From Nageia nagi (taxonomy: Eukaryota > Plantae > Pinophyta), in assembly GCA_050084985.1 (NCBI GenBank), contig JBITNC010000002.1, forward strand, positions 31,496,001 through 31,560,000: a DNA stretch of 64,000 nucleotides, written 5' to 3'. Position numbers and translations under genes: made by a program. Shown here piece after piece: positions 36,397 to 51,079 of this stretch. A model generated the notes under the pieces. The model had not been told where the DNA came from, searched no databases, and saw nothing but the letters and a program-made list of their open reading frames with translations. The number at the start of each line of letters is the position of its first letter. The first letter of the stretch is position 1.

Positions 36397-39300
36397 TGAT
36401 GCGCGTTGGTAGGCCTAAATCCAGAGACAACACAATAAGTTTGGACAAATGATGTAGTAAAAGGTAAAAACAATATGTAAAAAGGTGAATATGTGTGGGG
36501 GGAAAACACACCTTAAACATACAACAGTTACATCCATCAGTGAGACAAAATATGAGCTCAAGTACTAAAAATGCATATATCAATACAAATGTGTCTGTAC
36601 AACAAACGTCTCTGCGCAGATATGTGCCCCAGGGTATTTCTCTAGAATGGAGATGTCATCGATTGTATAGAGAGAGAGTTGTGTTGTGCAACTGCATACA
36701 CAAACCAGAATGTACAGATCTTACTCTGCTCCTATCCTCCTCCATCCTTACTTCATGCCTTCTGGGTGCAACAGACATGGATACGTGAAGGTATAAAAGA
36801 TGGGTTATGAAATGTTTGGGTTTCTATAACTTTCAGCATGACAGTTGAGCTTCAAATGTTCATCTAACTCCATGTGACAATTGGTTGGAATTTAGAACCA
36901 CCACCATTGTCACACAAGGTGCTTCCAATGTCAACAAAAAACTTATGATGCTCATGCTCATCATCAATCAATCTCTAGAGATGGCTTATGTCAGTTGTTC
37001 TCGCCAAGCAAAGAATGTTGCGATCATCCAACAACTAGGGTTCAGTACCAAATGGATTGACATCTATAGGTGGTATCCATCATGTAACACCTGATAGATG
37101 TCTATGGTCTCCATCAGGGATAAGAGATGACAGATACTAGTGGTCTTCACTAAGGATAATAACTAATGGTTTGAGTGTGTCCACTTGCAGACTGTGCAAG
37201 GCTAGTTTTCAAAGAATTGCACGAGTGTTGAACATTGATCCCCTCAAATTGTACCTCCCTCCTTGATTAGAAATTGACCACATTAGGTTGCTACTTGCAA
37301 GGCAATTAGACTACCAAAGCATTGAAGCATTACTTATCAATTTGTTGGGGGTAACCCAACCAAAATCCATTTTGATCAATGATGTAGAGTGATGTATCAT
37401 ATGTTTCCCTAGCCAAAAGATGGTTTTGACATGATTGCTTTTGCCATAATACCCATAGGGATTCAAATTCTAACAAAGGTGTTCCTCATGGCCCTTTCTA
37501 CTATAATATGTGTGTATACATCAAAATCCAATGTGCTTGGGTCTCTATCTAACCTTTGAAGTTTTTGTAATAACTTGGAACATCTTTCTCAATCTTTAAC
37601 ATGACCGATTTCCCACCTTCTTCATGATTAGAAAAAGGTTGACTAGACTTCACCTTCTCCTCCAATTTCATGCATTTTGCAAATAGCATTTGATTCTCCA
37701 CAAAACTCTTGGATGGTGTACCCATTCTTCTTCACAACAAATTTTACTTTATCATGGACGGTGTCAATAAACTACATACTTTGGAATCGCAAAGCATTCA
37801 ATTTATTCATAAGGAAGCTTCTCTTCTTTCTCAATTAATCCATATCCTACCAAAGCTTCATTTTCTTTCCTCGCTTGTTGTATTATTGGAAATAATTATG
37901 GAATCCAATAGATTCCTCTTTGTAATATATTTTATTATTGCATTGTCTTTTAAGTTATTGCTTGGGATAGAAGACTTAATGGATCAATGGACCCCACTGT
38001 GAGCCCCAAGTGCGACGTCTACCACCCAAGCACAGATTAGGAGTCTTAGTGTACTTGGAGATCCTAATCATGATTGTGGGAATCTGAAGGTCCATTTAGC
38101 ACTTAGGAGATGGGATGAGCACTTACGTACATGCGCCAACCTTGGGGAGACTCCTAGACCCCCACGTTGGCCCATGATGACACCCAGCCCCCACGCATGG
38201 CTCCTAGACCCACGATAGGCATGCATGGCACTCCAGACCCCCACGTTGGCACTTATGACACTCAGGATCCCCACATTGGCATGCTTGACCCCTAGGCACC
38301 CACATTGGGCATTCTGGGCCCTCCAAGAGGATAACATTGGATTCGAGGGGCTGGGAATGATTCATAGGTGAGATCCAGATCCAACCAAGTTATACAAAAG
38401 GACATTGGAGCCTCATTACTGGATATGCTTGATTATTATTACACTTATTCCATCCAAAAAACAAGAAGACTTAGCGACGCTAAGCAATCCCCTAGGTGCA
38501 ACATCTAGGAGGGCTATCAGGCTGAGGGATCCTATAAGTCTACAGCACTAGTGTAGCACCTTTTCCTATCTAGTGGTATTCCGAGGTTGCGCTTCTACCT
38601 TCAGTGGTTTCAAGGATCAAAGGAGGGATCCTTCGATGGAGAGGAATCGAGTTCTGAGGGAGCAAGACTATACCACCCGTCCATCTAGTTTGAGGAACTA
38701 CATTATGCCCTAGTTGGCTCCTTAGAGGACAACATCCAGCTTTGGGAGCTTGGTATTGTATTACTATTCATTCTACACCATATATACAACCAATGGGCAT
38801 TCGGATCTCGTATTACTTGTGTGTATGCTTCATTATTGCAACGTTGTGGTATATTTGTCTCTTTATGCATGTATGAGCCAAACGTTGGCATTGTTGTATT
38901 ATTGATGCTTGTAATTGATGCCCTAACCCTAACGTTGGCACCTTGAGGTTGTTTAAACTTGCATTTACACTTCTAGGCCTAACGTGGGCATTTGCTTGGC
39001 TGGAATTGATCATTTTATTTTGAGATTGCATTCGGGTCATTACAACTAACAAATTCAATTTTTAACTACATTTAAAGAAATGATATTCTTTTGACCACCA
39101 TTATCAAGAATGAAGTGGATAGGCTCACACTTGACCCACATATAGAAATGGAAGAGGATCTTTTCTTCTAGCACCAAACTTAATACCTTTGCAATGGCTA
39201 TTGTGGCTAAAGGACTAGTATCAATTTCTACATGTGCATCATCTTCCTCCTTGGCTAGTTCCTCATCATATGACAACACAAAGGTAACTATAGCTATATT

Positions 39301-40809
39301 TTTGGTTTTGCACTCTTTCTTGGTATGGACTTTGGTCTTGTGGTAATGATGCTTATGATATTTCTTAAGTTGTTCATTTTCCTCTTCCATATGAACACAC
39401 TTTCTCTTATGCAAGCCTTTTGTTCCAATTTCATAGTGAACTAGTATGCTTGCCCCAATGTGGTGAACTCATGGAGATCCATGTCTTCTCTAATATGCCA
39501 ATCCAAACCTTTTTGGTACATCAAAATCCGATGTTCCTCTACTTAATCAATGCCAAATTTGACTACCAACTAGGAGAAGTTATTGATGTACTTAGCAATT
39601 GTCTGATTTCTCTCAACATAATTGTTCCCACTTCATGACCAACTCTTCATATATGTTGATTGGGCAATATTCTTTCTTGACAAACTTCATGCTATCATCT
39701 AATTTTAAGCCTTCCTTATATTATCTCTTCTACTACTTAATTTGTGCACAATATGCGGCATACCAATTCCTTGCCAGACTACTTGCCTTCCAACATTGCG
39801 AATGTAATCTCTTTCAAATAAGTTATTCACAAAGTAATAAGAATTTAACTCATCTATACAACATATATAGTATCAACATCAATCTTATCTTCAAGAACAA
39901 GGATATCAAGATTTAATTTTAACTTGAATAGTTTTTGTTCTCTAAAAGGCTATCTACCTTATGGTATGCTTTGTTGCATAGAAAATTTCTCCAACTCTTT
40001 CTTCTATTTTGCCAATGTTGCATCTACCATTCCCTGGACTACTTCCTCTCCCATGTTACCTACCATTTTAAGCCTCTTGAAGTGACCTGGTAGTTATTTG
40101 AAGCCTCTTGAAGTGACTTCGTAGTTATTCTAAAGGATTTTTTGTTTGCAACTTGAGTTCTTTGTTTAACCTTGGGAGTGTGACTTCGTAGTTATTCTAA
40201 AGGATTTTATGTTTGCAACTTGAGTTCTTTGTTTAACCTTGGGAGTGTGATAGTGTAAGCGGGGATGAACATGCTATGATACCAATGATTTGGATTGGTA
40301 GGCTTGTATCCAAAAACAACATATAAATTGTGAAATACTAATTTGTCAAGAGATAAACATGTATGTAAACATGTGAATATGAGTAAGGAAGACTACACTA
40401 TTAACAGACAACAAACCTGCATCCTTGAGTGTAAAATATTTGTGTCGAGAGATAAACATATATGTAAAGATGTAGATACGAGTGAGGAAGAAATACATAG
40501 TTATCCAACCACAAACATACATCCATGAGTTAGACAACTACAAGTGTTTATATATATATATATATAATGCAATTATTTGTGGACAACAAAATCATTATGT
40601 AGATATGTATAGTAAGGTATCTCCCTACATGGAGGATTGGTGTGTTGTGTACACATAAACCAAAATGTATAAATCTCATTTTGCTTCTATCCTCTATCCT
40701 CACTCCATTGCTTTTGATTGTAGCATATACGGGCTTTTGTTACCATCTAGTTGATGGTTAAATTCCCTAACTATTTGGAATGATTGAGACCCATTGTCGT
40801 TGTTAGACA
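36397..40809 (-). mobile_element. Decayed gypsy-like LTR element (LTRs from 36397 and 40286) with gag/protease remnant
   Basis: Both LTRs start tgat..g.ttggtaggc.t..atcca.a.acaaca; PBS gctatgatacca at 40273-40284; purine tract near 37240; protease-like HFILDNGGQKNIIS. Confidence 0.7.
37998..39050 (+). mobile_element. Nested solo LTR, same family as 20721-21890
   Basis: tgtgagccccaagtgcgacgtc start; cccacgttggc subrepeat array at ~38135-38340; ends near cattaca. Confidence 0.6.
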
Positions 40810-42964
40810 TGTTATGTTTCTAGAATACTCGACACTTGTTTGTATTAGAATATGAGTATATAGAGATTACAATTACAGTTCAATGGGGCACAACAAAATT
40901 CTACTACTATGAAAGTCTAGTAAGAAGGGAAAGTTTCCTAGAGGGAAAGTTTACCAAAAGCAAAGTCTCTCTAAAGTAGAATGTTTCTATTTTGAAAATG
41001 ACAACTAATAAACTATAATCACAATGACTTTATTAATGCCTAAACACTAGAAATTAATTGACCGTTATTATTCTAAATCTAAAATTAATCTAACACACTC
41101 CCTTAATGGTCAATATACTAACTACACCAAGTTTAGAATGCATAATAGGCTTGCTCCCACTCCTCTATATGTTCTGCAATAGAAGCCTTTTCCAAAGACC
41201 CTCCTTGGTTGGTATAAGCCCCTCCTTGTCATAGTAATAACAAGTGTTGGTATCATCCTCACTACTTTCTTCTTCTTTCTTCTTTGCCCATTTACTTTTG
41301 CCCTTGTAATTGACTGCAAAGGCTTGCTCCAAATCATTTGTCTCACTGCAACTACTGAACTGCTTCTTCAATTTATCCTATTGTAACAGCTTATTACACA
41401 ACTCTCCAAAATTCAGGTCAACATTTGTAGTAGTGATGTTTAGGGTTTCAATGAAGTGCTCATAAGAATGTGGTAAGATTTTCAACATTATTGCTATTAT
41501 GTTTCTTCTTCCATAGTTTGACCAATAGTTGAGCATTGCTTTGTGATATCCTTGTTCTTATGTAAATGCTCTAGTAAGGATATAGACTCATCCATCATGA
41601 TTGAAAACAATATATTCTTCAAGAAGAAAGCTCTTCCCTTCACTAGAGTCTCATGCAACTCTCTTAGATGCTTCCAAATTGCAATTAGCGTCTTCCCAAT
41701 CTAAACTTCAAGGAGCATCTCATTTGTTATAGACAAATTAAGCAGCAACACTACTTCTGTATCTCATTCATCAAACTTATATTGGTCTTTACCAGTAACA
41801 ATGGGTTAGGTATCTTTACCCAAGACAATCTTATCCAAGCACCTATACCCTAATATTACTAACATTTGTTGCTTCCATGTATTATAGTTTTTCCCATGAA
41901 ACCTTTGGTTACCTTACAACATAATATTGGTTAGAGTTGCCATAACCATAGGTCACTGGATAGTGAAAAAGAGCCAAACACCTACTCTTCCATCCCTCAA
42001 TTTGGATTAAGAATTCTTGGATAATGGCTCTAAACAAATGTAGCAGCTACATATCACTTGTTGAAATTAACCAAGTCAGCAATTAATTCTTTTAGATCTA
42101 CCAATATGGGAAACAACACAAACAAGGATAACAATCTACCAATCTTTTACACAAGCTAATCTTCTACGCAAGAAAAACAATTGTTTCATCACAACAATAT
42201 CTAGGTCTTTCATCCATAATAGAACATACAGAAGTTCACACTCTCGTCGAACCTTCGTTCCTTGCCTAGAGCACAACACTCTGAATGTCCACCCACAAAT
42301 GCAAACAACAACAACAGTCCAACTAGCAAACAACAACATAGTCTACCCATATCATTCAGGTAGAGAAACGCCTTCAACAAGACACATCCTCCACTACTCG
42401 CAAAGTATCCACTTCAATCTCTCTCAAGTAGTATCCAACAAATTTACACCCAAAACACATCTTCCAAAACATGTAGCACTCCACATTTTGGGTACTTCTT
42501 CCAACCAATTGCGCTCATAATAACCTAGCCCAATGTAACTTCCACACTTGTATCCACAGTATGCAAGATAACCTCATCTTGGAAAACACACAAACGTCTC
42601 ACTTACCCAGACTTCCAAGGTAACAAAAAAGAAGACCTCTTCTCTTTCTCCAATATTCTTTCCACATCCCAGTTTCAAGAACCTGGCTTTGATACCATGT
42701 TACGTTTCTGGAATACTCAACACTTGTTTGTATTACATTATGACTATATATAGAGATTACAATAACAGTCCAAATGGGACAAAACTAAAAAAATACTAAA
42801 AGGAAATTCTAGTAAGAAGGGAAAGTTTCGTATACAAGGTTACAAAAAATATAATCTCTTTAAAGCCTTATTTTTCTATTTTGAAAATGACAACTAGTAA
42901 ACTATAGTCACAATGACTTTATTAATGGCTAAACACTTGAAACTAATTGAACATTATTATAACA
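40810..42964 (-). mobile_element. Gag-only Ty1/copia element (TR-GAG-like) with ~280-bp LTRs
   Basis: LTRs at 40810-41095 and 42698-~42964; PBS gctttgatacca; PPT taagggagtg; copia gag motifs FHGKNYNTWKQQM and LPHSYEHFIETL; no pol. Confidence 0.8.
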
Positions 42965-45900
42965 ATATTGATAGAAAGCTTGTGTTGGTCATGGATGTCA
43001 ACAATGGTTATGGATGTCACCAATGTCAATTTTAAATTTTTATTATTTAATACTCTAGAATTTGGCAATCGCACATGGTGTTCTACTATTAATTGATCTT
43101 GCATAGTATTACCTGCTACAAGTCTACGATTAGTTACTCTTGATTACTAGAATTGTGGAATTCACATTTTATTTTTGCTATTTGTACTAGTTGAATTGTA
43201 ACAAGTGGTATCATAGCATCGATCTTGGTACTTGTGGGAAGCTAGCATTTGATGAAAGAATGGCCACTACAAACAAGACTCCATAGAATTTTATTTTTTT
43301 CTATTTGTTCCTTAACTTTATATTTTTTCCCTTTTCATATAACTCTAGTTAGAAACCCTATACCAAGGATTTCAAAATATTGGAAGGATCTAATGTTCTT
43401 AGCTACGCACATTTGCCCATAAAACGTGTGAAGTGATATGCAATAAATGCATTCCATATATGGATTTGACCTCCCACATACCTAAGTATATTGAAAACAC
43501 TTATAGGATCTGAACTTGAACTTTAGCCCTAGGAAGATTGTCAACTATGTATTAACATAGAACACAAGGAATATTCCCCCAAGATCACCTAAGAAAGATG
43601 TGGTAGTACAACCAACAATATAATCTACACTCTCTAACATTGGGCCAAGTGTTATTATTAGGTCTTAGTAATATATCAAAGGGTTGCATAATGCACACTC
43701 CTAGCCTGTCTGTATACTGTAAAACCCTTACATGTAAGGCAATACAAAAAAATTCTTAGACACAAGGCAATGGTGATTTTTTTTTTTTTAATAAACACCC
43801 ATCACAAGATCTAGATCATTAGATCCATCTCATCAAGGTAATCGCAATAGCATGTATTCTCCGATAACACCCCTAGTAGAGTCAATACCAAATTTACCCC
43901 ATCAAAAGATCTATGCCATTAGATTTGTCTGACAAAGACAATCATAAGAGCATATATTTCCAATAATACCCCTAGCATATCTGAATCCCAATAACCTGAG
44001 ACCCAAGACACCTGCAAATCTCCATAAAGAACCACATTGGTTAGGTCACCTACATGCCACAAATTGGTTTCCAAAGAAGAATTGAGCATGGGAAGAGACA
44101 AAACCTTGCAACATTCAAAGACCCCACAAACATTATCATCCAAGAAAACTCTAATGAACCCAAATCAGCAAGCATTGAAAGAGGCATAAGTGGAATATAT
44201 CCCTAATAATTGGATGAATGCAAGGATCACCAGAGAAGAGAATGAATGTGTAACTATGTAGTTCAATTCTCCTTATACAAGCAAGATCAAAAAGATGATA
44301 TTTACAAACAAAACAATTTAACTATTCCCAACAAAACAAGGAAAATTTGCCCTTTGTTTGAAATAGAAAAGGTGTGATTATGACAACCTAGATTTGATTG
44401 TTATGAAATAGTTCTGAAAATTATGGTACTATCTATGGCGATATGTTTACCACTTCTTATACATTTGAGCGCAACTAACGAACAATATGAAATGGATATG
44501 AAGAAATCAAATAATAACACCAACATGACTATGTATAGTGACTTTGATAAACTTTCAATGGGCAATATAACGGTAAGATGCAATACCTAGCTTTTCAATG
44601 TGGTCTTGACTTTATGTCAATTACTTTAAATTCAAATATCTATATTAAATAAATATATTTGCAAATAATAATGTGTTTGATGCAAAATTTAAATATATTT
44701 ATCTATATACAACTGACAGTATTTATCTTTTTTGCATAATTAGCATATAATTGTGGGCCTTTGTATATCTCTCACATTTTAAGGTTTGATTCTTATTGTT
44801 CGGATATATTTGTGCTTTCACTATTTTCTTTATGCTTTTCCTAGATTGGGCCCATTAAGGGTTGCACTAGCTCCTAGAATATGATTGTATCCACTAGTCC
44901 CATTGACCGCTTTTGGTCATCTATGGACATTAATATACTTTATTTCTACTACAAAGGATCCTTCGGCTTTGGATGTTAAAAGAGATTCCAAGGAGACCCA
45001 ACTTAGTCTTTCTAGCTCCATGCAATCATCGTTGAAGGTGATTACATCTTTTATCGGCCCCTTCATAGTAGTGGATGATGACACGACCATTTCTATCGCC
45101 TCGAACTTGTGACATCGCCACATAGGCTCTTTCAATGTTGTCAAATATCACTAGCATCTCTTTTGATGATAGACTCTAGTTTGTATAGCTTTTATGTCAA
45201 TCCTTTTGGTTCTCAAACCCTAGTGCTTTTTCTTTTTTTAATTGGATTGTATCGTTGAGTCATAGACATTAATTAATTTTCTTTCTTTGAATGGATTGAA
45301 TATCTTATGGGAGAGTTCTATACTTTCGCATCCAATATTTTAGTTAGTAAGTATATTGGGTTGATGAACATCATGTTTCTAATTATATAAAAGGTCATGA
45401 ACTCTTAGCACTTATAACATGTCAAGGTTATTCCCTTGTGTTCAATTTTTATAATGTTGGATACAAAAAAATGTGAAGTCCTTTGTGGACAAAGAGAGCC
45501 TTATGGTTGCTTCATTTGATGACCTTGGCCTTTGAATGTCTTCTTTCCAATGACCATAAGAGAAATCTCTTTGATTTTTCTTTCAAATGTTGCACCTTTC
45601 GCTTTTGGTTCAAGTTCATGACATGTATGAGGTGATGTTGATTTCCATAAAGCAATACAAGCTTCCCTTCACATATTGTGCTTTAACAATATGCCTTAAA
45701 AGGTTCAAGCCATCATTACACACTGAGTTTATTACACTTTTCCCAAATGGTGCCTAAAGTCTTTCAAATTAAAAATATTATAGATATGATATCCTTATGT
45801 CCAACACATTTCGTAAACTTAAATAGATGGGAAGAAAGAGAAAAAGAAATTATATAAATGTCCACTAATGACCAAAAAGCTCAAAGAGACTTGAAAGTAG

Positions 45901-48415
45901 AGCGAAGGGAATAAAGATGAACTAGGGAAAAAAGCCTCTAGTGAAGACAGTTAACTAAAACAAAACAAAGGGGTAAAAAGATAAGGGGATATATCCATTA
46001 AACACTAAACCCTAACCCAAAAAATTACAAATACGAGAGGGAAGGATCACTCAAAGAAAGAAAGAAAATATTTTTATGTCCATGGATGACCAAAAGCTAT
46101 CAAAGAGACTAGAATGTACAAGAACGGTAAAATAGCAAGCAAGGCCCCAAAAAGGCACACCATAAAGCTAAATAGAAATAAAATAAACCCAACTAAAGTG
46201 ATACAATAAAGGGGTAAAACCTAAAAAAGAAAATATAACACAACATAGTTCGCTAAAGAAAGGGCCGCCACGGACCTCACTAGGGAAAGCACAAGGGCGC
46301 TCTCGTTTGCAAGACCAAGGAGAGAGCTCGTTGATTGTTGTGTGTTGTGTTTGTGGCGATGCTACCCGTGAGTCCTCGAAAGAGAATGGGTGTCTTGCAA
46401 GCGTTGTTTGGTGCAGCATGTAGGCTAAGGAGGCTCGTTACTCCTCTAACAAGCTCCCTCAAATGAGGAGGCTCAAAAGAAGGATGAAATACAAAGGACT
46501 CCTCTTGTATGTTAGATATGAGATACGAGATGCTTCCATAGAAGGTTGCCCTCTCAGAAATAGAGAGCTATGCATTGCCAAATAGAATACTAGAAAAAGG
46601 TAGACAAATTATGTGAATCTCGAAAGAGACAATGAAAGATAAAGTGGTCTTTAGATTCAATCTCAAACAAGTACAAATGGTAGACTCACAAATCACGGGC
46701 TACATGATGATATATGTTGATCCTCAACTAATGTGAGAAAACTTGGAATTGTCCAAGAAACATCCTCAATCCAAGGGTTAGGTGTAAGCTAATGTACCTG
46801 AGGGGGAGGATCAACCCTCTATCAATTTGGATAATGTGATGGGAATAATGAGTCAACTTAGGTAATAAGGCATTGTTGGGGAGTGACCCAAGTAATTTGG
46901 ATGTAGTCCTTACAAATTGCCTCCTATGTCGATGTCAGTGAGTCCACTACAGATCTAAGCAAGCCCCCATGAGGCATAGGAAGCCTATCATGGAAAAGTT
47001 GAAACATCGTAATGTCTCAAATACCTCAAAAAACTAGCACCAATGGCAACTCCGAGTGACAACGTCCATCAATGAACCCAACACCCTAGAAGGAAATCTA
47101 ACTACAACACCTCCAAGATTTTCTAAATTATGCAAATGATGGAGAAAAAGGACCGAAGAAGCAATGGCCCACACCTGAAGAGGGTAACATCTGAATTCTG
47201 CAAGCATGATAAGGTGGAGAATAATCCTGTTACTCCAAATGGAGCGAGAATATTTTGGGGCCATACAAACACAAGCCCCCTATACCACAACTTATGGCGT
47301 GAGCCATCCACATTGGGAGATGCTTGGAAACAAGTGAAGAGAAAGAGAAAAAAGTGATGCCAAAGAGAAGTACAATTGGAAACCAAGCAATATCATATAC
47401 CTAGAGTGAAGCACGGATCTGAGGAACCAACAGATCTAAAGAAAGGACCTATGCAGCATCTCTATATTGATTTCATATCCTTTTCATACGTAATTAGCGG
47501 TCAGCAATGTGTTTACCATATCTAATAACTAATAGACTTTTTATTTATAGCATACATCATATTTATTTGAAAGAAATTTTATGAACGATATATTCTAAAC
47601 ATATGCCTGAGTGGGCATAATGCACTAATCAGTTGGCAGATTGGCTATCTGCTCTCTCTTTCACTGGAAGAAGAGATGAAAACGACTTGTAAAGGGCTTG
47701 AGAAGAAAATTTTCAAACATGGATGCATTCATCCTATGATGATCTCAATACTCAAATTAGTCTTACATGCTTAAATATTTTCTGTTGATTGAGATTAGCA
47801 AATGCTATATGTTATTTGCCCTTGCTTGTGCAAAAAGTGGTGATCTTATGGTGTGCTATTCTCCTCTACATACATTATTTTCACATGCTATTCTCAACTT
47901 TTTGTTCAGGAAAAATATACTATAATAGCAGTAAGTAGCATAGTAAATTTGTTTCAAATGTAGATAAAATCATTAATTTCATGTTATCAAGTAACTCTTA
48001 ACAGAAAAGTACAAGAGAAATATCATTTTTCCTACACTAAGATATTAGTATAGGTTTTTTAGCTTAAGGAAGAGCAGATAACTAGAGGATAACATGCTCA
48101 TCAACAAAATTTAGTGCACATAAATGACAAGCACTTTTTGAAATTTGTAAGTAGCGTAATTATAAAACCATATGGAATAAAAAGAAATTGAAATGGAATG
48201 GTTGGAAGTTTGAAACAGCCTAAATTTAGAAAATACTGCAATGTTTCAGGACTTAAAGTGAATAATCAAAAATCGAAATCAAAAACCATTATTTTTGATA
48301 AACAACCAAAATCCATCTAACCTATCTACATATATCCAAAATGTAAATAACAATAGAAAAGTATTAAAGTATTAACATGAAGGTAGTTAAACAGTTACGG
48401 AAAAAGATAACACAC

Positions 48416-48682
48416 CACACCAGTCACATCCAGGATTGCAGTTGTTGAGTCTATGACCCGTTTTGCAGCTATTGAACAAGCAGGAAATCTTAGGTTTAGA
48501 GTTTTCTCCAACTCTTGCACATGATATTTCAAATACTTTTCCAGTGTTGTGATTTCCATTAGCTTATTTGGATCTACCTTTCCAATTCTTTCAATGTAAA
48601 CTGGCCTCCCATACTTGTCAACTCCATGATATCCATGTGGATAACAGTTCTTTACTTCAGTGCGTTCAGTATAATCAAAATC
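48416..48682 (-). CDS. Sec14/SFH exon 3 (DFDYTE...[21 protein letters not shown]...[24 protein letters not shown])
   Basis: TACAG| and |GTGTGT; 267 nt; canonical plant SFH motifs. Confidence 0.97.
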
Positions 48683-49239
48683 CTGTACCAAAGAAGAAGC
48701 TAATAAAAAAAATTTTGGCACTAAAGCTAAGTGATTTTTAGATAATCAAAAACATCAGAACGCCTTAGCAATTATAAAATTAAATGAAGCACAAATTGTA
48801 ATGATGAGTATCTGAAGCAGACAAATAGCATATTTGAAAGCCTTTTGACAACAGTCAAATTCAAAATAAATGTCATGACATCAGCCTGCATGATAATATT
48901 ATATAACCAGAGTTTTCTTGGACATTGTTTTTCTTGGTTACATCCTTTGTTGCAAACTATTTCTTTAATTTCATTGAACTACTCTAGCTGATAAACTTTT
49001 ACCCCTTGCAGGTCAACTTAAACAAGAGTTAAAAGTATTTCAATCAACTACGTTTTTAGTCTAAGCATCCAAACAAAAGGACACCCATATCAAAGACAAC
49101 AAATGATGTAATAAACTTATAATCCTAGCATTCCCCACCTATTACACCATATCAGACAAGTAAACCTGCTTGGCTGGAAACACACAAAACAAAGACACTA
49201 ATCTGACAACTGGGACACACACTTGAAGTTCATTCTTAA

Positions 49240-49522
49240 GAACTGAAGACGCATTTGATAGTTCTGAGTGTATCTCCACACTCAGATGCTGACAACACAC
49301 TTGACAAATGCCATATACAACTCAATTTAGGAACTGAAGATGCACTTAACAGTTTCTAAATTACATCCTATGTTCACTGAAGACGCACTTAACAGTTTGT
49401 AAATTAGACATTATGCTTATTGAAGACACACTTTCTAATTAACAAATATATACTACAAAGTACAAGCATTTACTGAAGACACACTTTACAATGATCACAT
49501 GTCCATTAAAGACACTTTCCAA
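49240..49522. repeat. Degenerate dispersed-tandem repeat, 6 copies of actgaagac(g/a)cactt
   Basis: Copies at ~49242, 49333, 49376, 49419, 49472 and 49505. Confidence 0.7.
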
Positions 49523-51079
49523 AAGAGTTTTTCATAGTTCTTTTGAATTCAAGTAAGGCATCCAGAAGGTTCCCTATAGTTCCATCACTTTTATTACTGC
49601 TAAAATTCACAGCTAGAAACAGCTTATCCCTTCTCATTCTGCCACTTGAAGTGCAGTCCCCTCCAGCTCAAAAAGTTACGTGGCTTTAAAACCTCCACTA
49701 AGTAAGTAATCACTCTCAAAGGATTTTTGAGAACCATGTATATATATGATTACCACCACAAGAAAATTTTAAAAAGATATAAGAAACCGTATTGATGTTC
49801 ACAAGTGACCGAAGTAACTTAATGAAACTGAAAAGAGACATTAAGATACAAATCACACATAGGTTGAAAAAAGAAAGTAAAACGTAGAAGGAAAGCTAAA
49901 AATGACTAAGCTAGAATAAGATACAAAATATATATGGATGTAATTTGAGCAACATGAGACGCTACAAAAATGGCAATGCACTAATAATTTAATATTCATC
50001 AATAATAGATTTGTGGAAGAAGAAACACAATCCCCATCAATAACCCTGGACAAACTGATACATGATTTGATGATACTGGTGTGAAAGTGGACAAGGCTGA
50101 GTGAGTTTGGTTGGACAACCCTAGAAAGGCCCAAAGAGCAGCTTTGCAGAACTGTCCTATCATACTCATCATAGAAAATGCATCATCACATGCTTGGAAA
50201 TGAGAGATTGATTACCCTTCAGTGTGGAGGTCAACTACCCTACCTTTGCCCATAGTTAAGACAACCAAAGTGGATATGTATTAGCAACTTCCTTACTATA
50301 TCTGGGGGATCATCAATTGGATGGTACGAAACAGGGAAGATCTTCTCTATGCCCTCATAGAATTGCTCAATCTAGACCTTTTCATCTACCATACTTTCCG
50401 GTAAAACTCTACAGATTTTTCATTTTCCAACTCATGATAATTGATAACAATTCCTACGCTTTACCTACTGCAATTAATTAATTTTGGCCTTGCAATCTAG
50501 TTGGGGTCTTCAGAAGTTTAGCCTTGATATCCTTTGTACCAAATCCTTGTATTACAGATCTACTCTATTTTTTCTGTATCTGTATCATATGTACATTATC
50601 TGATGTTAGGCATGAATTCGTATTTGTATTTTCAGTATGTAATTGTTAATTTATAGATGACTTATTCTCCCTCACAATATTGTCACAATGTATTTTTAAA
50701 TCCCATTGACCCTTTTTGGTTGCTTGCAGACATAAGTAAATTTCTGTCTTTCACCAAAATGAACTCAGCAATCTTATTGAATATCCACAATGAGAAATCA
50801 AACAACATAGATTAACAGGCATTGACACAACCACAGATACATATATATATATATTGAATGAATCCATCACAAATCACAAGGCCTGAACTAAGTGATTCAG
50901 ACTTCTCCATAATGTATCCTGAAGTCCCATATGTCGTTGATTTGAAAAGGCTATTTGCAAAAACTACAATTTGATCACACACAAACCCAACACCTAACTG
51001 CTATTGCATTAAAGTGAGATCTTCATTATTTATTTTATACGCACTGCATTTACATACAATTTACAGAGAACAAACCGAC

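Noticed and set aside
44400-47400. Possible Mutator transposase and gypsy leader remnants
   Set aside because: Only isolated weak motifs (e.g. PHTC); too decayed to assign without a search
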